Positions 52,708-64,000 of a stretch of 64,000 nucleotides of DNA are shown one piece after another. Both the position numbers and the translations under genes were made by a program. Numbering within the stretch: the stretch's first letter is position 1; each line of letters begins with the position of its first letter. Location: NCBI GenBank assembly GCA_964276515.1, contig OZ193909.1, positions 20,460,001 to 20,524,000 of the forward strand, in the 5' to 3' direction. Source of the stretch: Gordius albopunctatus. Lineage: Eukaryota. The notes under the pieces are model-generated. The model saw nothing but the letters and a program-made list of their open reading frames with translations, ran no database searches and was not told where the DNA came from.

Positions 52708-54464
52708 ATGTCAAATTGCCTTGACCTCAATCGCCATGGGTTATCCATAAAAAGCAAATTTATGGTTAAATCTTTAATGATCATTTCTATATGTCTATTA
52801 ATGTGCGCTCTTCAAGGCACCCAATCAACCCCTTTGAATATCAAAAAAAGGTATATTTTATTTTTAAAAAAATATTTTTTTATTTAAAATTTTTTTTTAT
52901 GTTTTTTATTTATTTTTAATAATTTAATATAAATTTAGAATTATGAGTGTGATAGATTTTGAGATCAATTGAATTTTTTCCGAAGATCTTACTTTAATTA
53001 ATAGATGAAAAAAATAGAAAAAAAAATTAAAAAGCGAAAGTTTAGGGTTTAAAAATTCGTAAATTTTTATAAAAAAAATAGGGTTAAAATGCAATTTATT
53101 AATTATTTTCCAAATTTTTATAAAAAAAACTAAAAAGTTCTTTGATCCTTGATTCTAAATTTTTAAATCTCTTGAAGTTTTTACACTTACAAAAACATAA
53201 TTTATTAATTCTACAATATAAGATGTATTAATTTCAAAATTTTTATCATTTTTTGCAAAATTGCTTTTCTTTGTTATTTCCAGATATTTCAAATTTTTAT
53301 TTGTACCACCTGAAAATAAATAAAAAATAAAAATTGTCTTTTTTTTACTTAAGTTTCACATCTCATCAACTAATGAACTCCGTGTGATTTGAAATTTAAT
53401 ATCTCTAATGTAACAACAGCATCATGATTAAAAGTAATGAATTAAATTCATAAAATTTATCTTAAAATCATAGACGTGTTAGCGACTGCCCATCAAATTT
53501 AAATAAATGTCCCGTTTTTCCGCCATTTTGAAATGTGGACGAATAAGGGAAAGATAGGTGGATTACAGTAATTTTTGTTAATTAAAGTCTTTTCAAAATG
53601 TAATGCAAAAATATTAAAGTAGTTAAACTTTAAGAAAGCCTCAAAAATATGTATATATCATTTACAAAATTCATAAAAATAGTGCGATCATGTGATGCTA
53701 AAGCAATAGTGCCATCTACATTTTGTTAAATAATCATTTATTAACATTATTTTAAAAAGATTAATTAATGAAGAAGGTAATTTTTCCAAAATGGTGGAAT
53801 TAATAGTACACATTTTAGCATATGATCAGTCTATGCTTAAAATTTAATATTTTAAAATGCCACATTAAAGTTATGATTGTGTAAATATTTTTTGATTTTT
53901 TATAAAATTTAAAAGAAAATTTAAATAAATAAAATAAGAATTCAAATTAATATGGGCATTTGTGATTTTCTTTTATCCCTCTATACAATATTTCTTGTAA
54001 TTCAAAAGAACAGTCTAATTTGACCTTCGCTTTGACGAATTACAACAAATTTTTAATTAAAAAGTAATTTACAAAACAAATTATGCTTCACTTTCCTAAG
54101 TCAATCCAATTTTAAATAACATATTAATTAATATTTATAACTTTTGCGTGGGGGGGTTAAATATTGAAATTTTAAATAAATCAATGTTATGTTTAGATCA
54201 GCTGTGAATAATTTTTACAAGCGGACAGCTAATTTAGCTTGCGTAGTAAATGGTGGAATGTCACACAGCTGTGATCATCAGGAAATATCTGAAGCCATGA
54301 GGAGACTTCGCTATTTGAGTACCATTCAGGGTCCTGGTAAAAGGAGCGAAATCGAAAACAACATGGCGCCCAAATTTAAATTTACGGGGATTAGAAAAAA
54401 TATTGGAGGCATTGGACCTGATTTCATATTGGATTTCACCGATGAAAATCAATTTGATTATTAA
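52708..54464 (+). CDS. Calcitonin-type neuropeptide precursor, two coding exons (52708-52850, 54197-54464)
   Basis: Exon 1 has a hydrophobic signal-like segment. The phase-2 GT..AG join is in frame. KR-TANLACVVNGGMSHSCDHQEISEAMRRLRYLSTIQGP-GKR gives two Cys and a C-terminal Pro-amide. Confidence 0.82.
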
Positions 54465-57400
54465 AATAATTTAGTTATTTATATTTTAGCATAAATTAAT
54501 ATTTATATCGTAAAATTATATTTAATTAACTTATAATACGCTTTTCTATACTTTGTGCCGCTATTATTACTTAGTTTTATGTAAAAGGAAAATAAAATTA
54601 ATTAAAATAAACTGTGTCAGCAATTTCGTATATTTAAATAATTTAAATAGCCTTTTATTTTTTATCATTTAGGTGAAATAGTAGATTTTAATTAAAAAAA
54701 TATAGTTTAAAAATTCTAAATTAATATGTTTATGGAAAAATGTGAAAATTCAGTTTTTACAAAATAAAAACGGGTTTAAGGTAAATATATATTTTTTCAC
54801 AGCAAAGATAATACTTGAAATTAGAACACTTTAAAGATTTATGCAAGAGATGAAACTTATAGCTAAGTATCTAAATATAAAAAAATTTAAATTTCTAAAA
54901 TTGTCTATAACATGAGTTTTTATAAATCTATCCTATTCTTTACATATGATATAGCTTGATACAAAATTAGCTGAGAATATATAATTCGCAAAAAAGTTGA
55001 CCTTTATCAGCACATCAAAAAAATCTTTAAAATTTGTTAAATTTTACTTATAAAATAGAGCCATCTAGCGGAGTTTTATAAAACCCTCTCGTGCAACAAA
55101 AATTAATATTTAATGCATTTAAAGTTTCCTTAAAATTAGACGTCCATTGTAATAAATAAAATTAACTATTGCATAACAATGATATATAGAAATTTTGATT
55201 TTTTATATAATTTAAAACAATAATAAACTAAAATTGTGTATAATTTTAATAAATAAAATGCAGGTCTATTTTGAAATTGGTTAACAAACCATGTTTTTCC
55301 ATCTTAACTCATTCGATTTTGTACATGGATCGTCAATGGCACAGATGGAATATAGCATACGGTTAAATCATCAATCAATAATTTACATTTTTGTCAATTA
55401 TTACATCATTTACCCACACACATATTTTTATTTAAAAATTTTATTTTAGAAATTGTAAATACCATATCTGCTATAATTTTTTTCAAAAAGACAATATCCA
55501 CTAGATGTCAGGTTTGTATATAATGCCCGAAACCGGCCCGGTCTCATTTTTGAACTGAATTGCCCGCCCAGGCCCGCCCAAACCCCTCTAAGTGTCCGCC
55601 CGGCTGCTCGAACTGCTTCATAAAATTTTTTATATTTTTTATTTTGGGATATGCTTATAGGAATTATAAATTTAATTCATGATTTTTTTGATAGAACCTA
55701 TGATTAATAAATAGCATACAATCAAAAAGTGACATAACAATACACCAAAACAAAATAGCCCGTCCGGGCCCATCCGAAAGTCTAATTTTAAGACAGTTGC
55801 CCTACCCGGCCCGTGGGCCAGGCTTTTCATGTCTCTGATTTCCAAATCATTGCATCGAAATTGTATTGGATTTTACGAATTCATCAGTGATTTTCTGCTT
55901 AATATAAAAAAATTATTTGGGGTCGCGTGTAATTGAGGCAATAATGTTTGATATTTATGTAAGGAATTGGCTACCCTCGGGGCCTAAATTACCGAGAGTC
56001 CTGGCCACTACAGGGACAAAAATGATTGAGGTATTTGTAATATTTTTCTACTTTACTTCTCTCGGTACAAGAAATGAGGTCGGGGGAGCTATTAGATTTG
56101 GCAAATATATCCACCGTAGTGAAGTCGCAACAAGCGTTTAGAGCCAAAGGCTATGGGATGATTGTTGAGCCGTCGGGTCCTTTACCGTTAGTAAAGCTCA
56201 GACCTGTGGGTTCTAGTGAGTTAATAAAGCCCCGGCTGTTTTCAGATATGCCTGATCATTTTTTGTATAATGGAATAACAGGGATGCCGTCCCTAGAACC
56301 CTGGAAAATGAAATTTCTTCAGCACGAGCCCGTCACTCCCCCTAATCCCAGTGCTGGCTAGGCTTAAGGTCATGTGGCCACGACTAGGACCAAAATGAAA
56401 TTAAGATATTTGTGTTTTATCTTATCGTCCTGAGTAAAGGAAATTAGATTTAGTAAACACCCCTAATATTCCTTGCTGATGAATAGACCTTTATATCCTT
56501 ATCTTAGATAACTGTAAAACTCCTCCTATCTTTTAAATCAATACCTACTTTGTTGATTCGCTAATTCTAGATACAAAAAAAATTAAAGTTTTTCAAAGAA
56601 GACAATTGTTGTATATGTGAATGAGGAGTTCCGGTATAACTATCCAGATGTGGAAATGTAATAACAAGGTGAGACGATGACAGCTATTTGACACGGAGAA
56701 TCGAGGCAGAGAACTCCTTGTTAGTATTGGACAACAACGAAAATAGAGATTGAAATATTAGACATATTCTTTTATCAAATTTTTGGATTCAGAGAGGTGC
56801 AGCCGCCCCCTTCTGCCCCCACCCCCTGGCTAAGCCTATGAAAAATAACCTCCTTATTAGTCATTTTACAGTTACAATCCCCTATTTCCAAATTACAATT
56901 ACGTGTTCCCGCTAGTGGATTAATTCTGACTAAAGTTTAAAATTATCACGAACATATTTAGCAACAATAAGTTAAAGAGATGTTTTCTACAAACATTTAC
57001 ATACTTATTTTCAATATCAAGAAAAATATATTCTAGCATACTGCCCGAAATGAGTTTTTTATTGTTATATTTTAGGAACAAAAATGTATTTAAACTTTAA
57101 TTTTGTAGAAACGTAATTAACAGTAGCTATTTTTGCAAAATATAAAATTTTTAATATTTATCAATTCATAATATATTAACTTGATAGATTTAATGTGACT
57201 TAAGGTTCAAAATAAAAGATATATTTCAAAACCATTTTAATTTAATATAATTTTAAAAGTAATTTTCTCTACAAAATTGGATACTTCATGATTTAATTTC
57301 GAAATGTCTACTAACCATTTGACAGGAAATCAGCTGCTACAAAATTAAAGAAAAAACATAATTTGTCTTTTAGTATAAATAAAAAAAATATTATTAATTT

Positions 57401-59049
57401 TTTTAAATAAACTAAATTCACATAGGTGTAACCAAACACTAGTTGCCATCTAGCGGATATTTATTTTATAAAATTCACTCATGTACCAATGTTTAGCATT
57501 AAAAAGTATTCACTAAAATAGCTTGAAAATGGCAGTGCAGATTTAAAAATAAAATTAACTTTTACATAGTCATGATTTCGATTTAGTTGTATTTAATGTA
57601 ATTTTAAATTATAAATTACTGAAAGTTAATGTTTTTGTAGTTCCAAATATACCTATATATTATATAAACTCCCCAAACGACAAATTAACTTTTATATATG
57701 CGATTTATTCAAAGTCAACGCTTTGCTTTAGGATAATTATTATAATAATTTTTCTAAGGGCAATTAATAAATGCCTGATATTAGCTCTTTTGTCTCTCAT
57801 CATCTCTTGTGATTGTGTGCTTTGCGCCAGTTGTCATTCTCTTCTTTCTTGCATTTCCTTTGTCTACTGCTGTCTATTGTCGCCTAGCATCTGGTAAACA
57901 TCTCTTGCATCTGGTTGCTGTTCTTCAACGCCTTGCCCCAAAACACACGACATATATGACAAATGTGTATACATCTATATAAGTGATTCCGTTAAAAATA
58001 ATTATTATAACTGAATATAAAAGTAAAATAAATAATAATTTTCACCTTCTAAACTTTCAAAATATTTATCGTGTATTAACATATTTTATGGAGTGATAAT
58101 GGCGAAGGGATGAACTAACTAAACATAACCAGGCAAAAGATTTGGTATCCTCTTAGTCACATAGACAGACCGAGGTTTTTTGGTCAAACCCTTTTGGTCT
58201 GCCTATCTTTACTCGACTAAAACCAAAGGTCTACCAAACAGAACCACCAAGCCGTTTTTACAACAATAGCGCATATAATAGTTAAAAACAAAGTTTAGTC
58301 ACAGTCAGCATAATGACGTATGCCTCCCCTTTTTACAAGCCGGTGACTGCCCTTGCAGACCACTTATCGAGGTCATAGGCGCCAAGGGGTGACCAGTTTG
58401 CTGCCAACGGTCGTTACCCACCGGCTGGTCTGCACTTGGGGAGTCACCACCTGGTCCCCAACAGGCAGGCTACTTTTATTACTATTTCAGGTAACACCGG
58501 AAGGTTGGCACCCCAACAACGCCTCCGGTTAACGGTCTGGGGATAATTCCGAGCGAACACAAGGGGCATCCTTGGACCCCTAGCCACAGGAAGTTTTGTG
58601 GTGTCTACCCTCCATACCATTTACGAACGATATATGCAAAGGGGATGGAGGACGCAATCCGGCCAAACGCTCAACTCAACTACTCTTTTTTCAATGCAGT
58701 AGTGTTGTCGGCTGGGTTCTGTCTGTTTGGTCAGCCTTTGGTTTCAGTCGAGTAAACATAGGCAGACCAAAAGGGTTTTTTGGTCTCTCCTTTTCTTAGT
58801 TGACCTCTAGGCTTAGTCGAAGTTTGAAAAAGAGACCAAAACCGTCCGCTTAATAAAACCAAAGGTACAAATGCACCATGATGCGATCACTCCCATCTAA
58901 AAAATATTTTTAAAATATAGACATTAGGGAGCAGAGAGAAAGTTAAAAGTTGTTCGACATGCCTAGTAGTTTCTACTTTTCCAGTCTGTAATGACCTACC
59001 CTGGTAAATCTCATTACCTCCATGGCCAACCATTCTAGAGGACTCCCAC

Positions 59050-59540
59050 TTAGACTAGATCATTTATATTATATTTGGTCTTGCCTCTTAAATGATGCGG
59101 TAAAACTGCTCTCCACCAAAAAGTCTGACGGAAAGGGTAAATTATAACCAAAAAACTCGACACCTGCTGGCACACGTCTCAATCTAGTGTCATGTTATGA
59201 TATAATCGAAATAACCATGTAACCTCTTCATCTATTTCTGCCAATTCCAACCATTTTTTAACAAGTGCTACCTACATCTCCACCTCTCCATTAGAACTAC
59301 AATGCTGCGGTGGCGTTAAAAAGTTAGTTACTTTCCAATTATTGCAGAAATCTCTAAAATCGGCACTTGTAAACGCTTTTCCATTATCCGTTATTGTAAA
59401 TTTCGAAAAGTCCTATGAGCCAATTAATTCTTTATCAAACATTACAGGAACCTTTGTAATAGATATATTGTATACTAGTTTAAATTCAGGCCAACCGGAA
59501 TATGCGTCTACCACTAATATTACCTCTTTTTATTAAATTT
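59050..59540 (-). mobile_element. Degenerate LTR-retrotransposon integrase fragment
   Basis: The minus strand reads TDNGKAFTSADFRDFC..W...TPPQH..SNGEVE, with stops. Confidence 0.6.
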
Positions 59541-59985
59541 AACAAAAAATTAAGATGAATTTTTCATCCAGGGACCCTCTGGACGAGGCCATCGAGCCTT
59601 CTTATCCCTAAGCGGCATTGCTGCCTTTATCTTAAACATAGCGCATTGCCAAACATAGATATCAACGTCCCTTGCAATTTCGCTCTTTTTTTGCAATAAG
59701 TAATTTTTCGTCATTCTTAACTTCCTAAACATTTTATTATATATCATGTCATCGTATCCAACGATAATCACAAATGCATCGTACAATGCGGTTTAAAAAT
59801 AACATATTTTTTATGGAGCGACAATGATCAGGGAAAAGCGCAAGAATGAGGCGAGAAACCTGTGATGAGCATAATGACTTATGCTGCAGGTTTATTGAAA
59901 TATTCCTCGCGCCACCAGTTTAAAAATGTTTCATTTTCTAAACACTATTTTTTACAGGAGAGAGTTGATATATTCTGTAAAAAGA

Positions 59986-60098
59986 CTTCTTCTTCTTCTT
60001 TATCAGTTATTTGGTCCCACATTGGTGCGGTTTGTTTTGATGAGTCTGTTCCATCTTGACCGGCTTAGTGCCGCCATGTCTTCTTGACTAATCTCTAA
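59986..60098 (-). mobile_element. Short 5'-truncated RTE insertion with a (GAA)n tail
   Basis: Matches the RTE 3' end at 6441-6498 and encodes ..SRSRWNRLIKTNRTNVG. Confidence 0.7.
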
Positions 60099-60823
60099 AA
60101 AGACTAAATTATGAAATTTTACGTGAGGGAAGGGCTATGCTAAAATATATGTAATAGAGATTAATGAATCATGCATGATTGTATTTGGATTTAACAATCA
60201 CCATATGGATGGATGATATCTGCTTAATGTAAAAAGTAACTTTCCTTAGGGTCGTGTTCGTGTGTTATTTGTCTGAGGTAGATTTGATTGAGTACATATA
60301 TATATCATAATAAATTTTAAATATTTTTTGGATTTATATGGGAGCAACTGGCATACAACATTTACATAGTTTTGTTAAATAAAAAAAATTTTCATCAAGC
60401 GCCTGAAATGAATTTTTTGTTATATCTTAGGTACACACCTATTGGGACTTTAATTTTGCAAAAAGTTTAAAAATTAGCAGTAGCCATTCATGTAAAATAT
60501 ACAATTTTGATTTTTATTAATTCCTACTATTTTAAAATGTCAGTGGGCCGATTTAATGTGACTTAATGTTTAAAAATAAATAATCAAAAACAATTTAAAT
60601 AAAATGAAATTTAAAAGCATATTTATTAAAAAATTAAATAATATAAAGTAATCATAAAACCGAGAGAAAGAAACAAATTTTAAATTAATTGAGATGTTAA
60701 ACTCACAAAACAAATCCTATTTAATTTTTATTTATAATTTTATCCCTAAATGTCTAGTAACCATTTGACAGGAAATCAGCTGATAAAAAATATTTTAAAA
60801 AAATATCATTAGCTTGTTTGAAT

Positions 60824-61175
60824 TAGAGGTGTGCACGGATCAAATTTTTTTGATCCGACCTGAGGGGTTTTTGAAAAATTTTATATCCATCCGATCCGAA
60901 ATTTTTAAATTAAAATTTTACGAACAGAACTTTTTTTGATGATTAAATTCAAAATACATAAAAATAAGGTATAGCAATTTTAATAGACCTGAAATAAATA
61001 TAAAATTTTATTTGAATAAGATAATTATGAAAAGGTATACTAAAAATTATTAATTTAATTAATTACAACTTATTATTGTTTATTTTATAAAATGTTGATC
61101 AGATCCGGGTTCCAAAATTAAAATGTTGATCCGATCCAAGTTCAGACGGATCGGATTGATCCGTGCACACTTCTA
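60824..61175. mobile_element. hAT MITE with an 8-bp TSD, inserted in an older repeat family
   Basis: TIR TAGAGGTGTGCACGGATCAA / TTGATCCGTGCACACTTCTA; TSD GTTTGAAT (60816-60823, 61176-61183); the empty-site family is visible at ~57050-57650. Confidence 0.85.
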
Positions 61176-62399
61176 GTTTGAATAAACAAAATTGTCAAAG
61201 GTATAACCAAAAATCTTGCCATCTAGCGGATATTTATTTTGTAGAACTCTTTCATGTACCAGTATATAACATTAGGAGTATCCGAAAAAATAGCCTAAAA
61301 ATTGCAATCCTATTTTGTAATAAAAATTAACTTATACATTGCAATAATTTATATTCAGTTACGTATTTAATAATATTTAAATAATAAATGACTTAAACTT
61401 AATTAATTTATATTTATTCGTATGTTTATTACATGATAGCCGTTGAAATGGCGAAAAATTTGACACACTGAATTTTACGGAATGTACGTGTATAATTTTT
61501 ATCATTATCCCATACCCAAAAACGATTAGTTTAAATTTTTAATGTTGGCCTAGCCGTCCTCGGCCAGCCGGCGAGCCTTTTGGTCTCTTTTCACAATACA
61601 ACCACGTGGTATACACTAGTGTTGTAAGAACGGCGCTGGGTTTTATCTTGTCGACCTTTGGGTTAATTTTCGAATCTTGACTAAGTTCAGAAGTCGATAG
61701 AAGATAGACTACTCCTCATCATTGTGTACCATTTTGTCCAACATTTTAATAATAACATGGTGAAGTAGTGATTATATAGATATTATAGTAGTTTTTGTAA
61801 ATTAAATAATCTTAAAAAGTAAAGTAAATCCATATTGAATTAAAATTTAAAAATGTAAAAACCGTGATGAAAGTTTGTTTGATAAGCTAGCCTCATCTAT
61901 ATTTTGTATAGTATTAATTTATTGACGTTCGTTTCAAATTTATAAACTAGTGAGCAAGGTAAATTGACTGTTATAGCGCAAAATGACACATGGAGTTAAA
62001 ATACACCAGCTGTTGTCTTCAAAATGGAGGAAATTTGAGACACAATATACCATATGGAACATATGGCATTAGCATTCTATCTAGTCTATCATTATACATT
62101 CATCATTAATTTGCAGGCAATTTTTTATACGGTTTCGCAATTCATTTATGCCAACAAATTATTTTGCATAGTTTTTTATTCAAAGTGCAAAGTTTTTTTT
62201 TGCCATTTTTCAAGTTTTGATTTAAATGTTAAATTTTTTATTAAATGTTCAGATTTTTATTTATTTGCTCAGAGATTTATTACACTTGCCAAGTTTTTTT
62301 ATGCAAAGTGGTTTTAATTTTTAACTAAAAACAGGTAAGTGCGCTTCATATAAACATGATAAAAAATTGATTACTAGCCCATCTATACAACTCAATTTA

Positions 62400-62760
62400 T
62401 GGAGCATCAACTACCAATGAGCCAATGAAAATAAAAATGTTATATCACTGGAAACCCCTAACTATATTGAATATTATGTTGCTTCAGACAGCAATATTAT
62501 TAATAAAGATGACATTGAAATTAACAAACTAATTAATTACAGATCAATTGATGAATGTACAAAGAATATTTCAGAATTTTGGATTGTAAATATGCCAATC
62601 AATCCTCACCAATGGGATAAAGGAATTTGTAATTGCCCTGCATTTTTCAAGCAATACATTTGCAAACAGGTTGTAGGACTTTGAATCAAGCTTAAATTCT
62701 GCAAACCTCCTATAGAAGCCAGAAATATTAGTATTGGTCAAAAAAGACGAAGCTAAAAAT
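62400..62760 (+). mobile_element. Mutator/MULE transposase relic (SWIM zinc finger)
   Basis: WDKGICNCPAFFKQYICKQVVG at ~62613-62680, followed by a stop. Confidence 0.55.
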
Positions 62761-64000
62761 GTTTTAATTATACCTTAATTTACTAATGGAATATAACGGT
62801 TTGTTGCGTTTTTGTATATATTATTTTAATAAATGATTATTAAAGGCATCATTTTGTTTGTTTTTAATATACTTTGATTATAATAGGTACTTAGAGTTGT
62901 TATATTGCTAACTTTCTTCAACTCCAGCTACCATCTGCTCTAGTTTCTGCTCGGCCCTCGAGCATTTTTATATGCTAATGTTCTACCTAGTGCACCGAAC
63001 AGAGATCACATATTGTGCTAACGCGCATATTAAGCAACTCAGTGTGCGTGCTCGCGTCTGGAGTTTGAAGAAATTTAGCAATTTAACAACTCTATAGGTA
63101 CTTAATATAAAGACAATTCTTAATATACAAATTTAGAGTAATAACTTAAACGATTATAAAAGCTCTCTAAGGTTTCCACACCTAAATTATATTTTTTTAT
63201 TCTTGCCTATAAGGCCATAAAACATTTAAAATTTTAATGATGCACAAAAGATTCAAAATTCTTGTGTTAAATTTTTTTAATAATAACTGAGCATATTTTG
63301 AAAAAAAACTGAAAATTTTTTGAAAATTACTGAACATTTGTTTACAAAAAAACGGAACACTTTTTAATTAAAATCTGAGCATAAAAAAACTGAACATTTT
63401 TAATTAAAAACTGAGCACAAACAACTGAGCATTATGGAATTTTTTACTATGCATTTAAATATTACCCTTTATTTATATATCAAAAATGGAACTAAAGCTA
63501 ACTAGCGGTCATTAGCTAGTCTATAGAAAGTCTCTTACAGAAAAATAAATAATTTCCAAAGCAATTATAAAAAAACTACAATTTGGACAGGATGACGGAC
63601 GAACGGACAGGACAACGGAAAGCGAGCTCTTAAATTGCATAGCAATTACTAGTTATTACCAAGATAATTATGAGTTAGCTAACAAAGCGTATAGTACTTA
63701 TCCATCTTAACGCATTCGATATTTACATGGTTTTAAATTAGAAGGGGGGTGGAGGTGAAAACTGTCAAATGATCGATGAATAATTTACATAAAAGTAAAA
63801 CTTGTAAACCATATTAACACAAATCCTTTTTATTCATTTAAATAAAGGTAGACTACCCAGTTTAAAAAATAGAAATTTTTTAGAGATAGGCAACGGGCAG
63901 TTTTTATGAGGTCCACCTGCACTTCCGGTTCGATAACTTCAAGGCCCGCTCCGTCCATAAATTTTTTTATGTGCCTCAGGCCCGGCCCTCTACTAAGATC

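Noticed and set aside
55917..56440. ORFs 55917-56141 and 56074-56361 with a degenerate direct repeat (~56000 and ~56375)
   Set aside because: No recognisable domain; probably a decayed TE or LTR fragment.

Overview
AT-rich animal (invertebrate-like) genomic DNA with very short introns and dense transposon debris. Host genes: Rab26/37-like GTPase (+), ERp72/PDIA4 (-), an intronless USP5/13 (-), TFIIIC subunit GTF3C3 (+), a two-exon calcitonin-type neuropeptide precursor (+) and a possible synaptotagmin-like C2 terminal exon (-). The first 12.6 kb is a nest of two RTE LINEs, each abutted by a truncated Gypsy LTR element, plus a fold-back hAT MITE. The standout is a 3.5-kb, almost intact retroelement at about 14.7-18.2 kb. 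Its RT-RNase H carries hepadnavirus-polymerase-like motifs, it has an overlapping upstream ORF with a basic tail, and it shows no integrase, protease, tyrosine recombinase or endonuclease. It is bounded by 334-bp inverted repeats plus a 128-bp direct repeat, with a 44-48-nt piece of the local RTE LINE between them. A diverged relic of a related family lies at about 41 kb. All calls are from reading the sequence and recalled motifs; no database searches were run.
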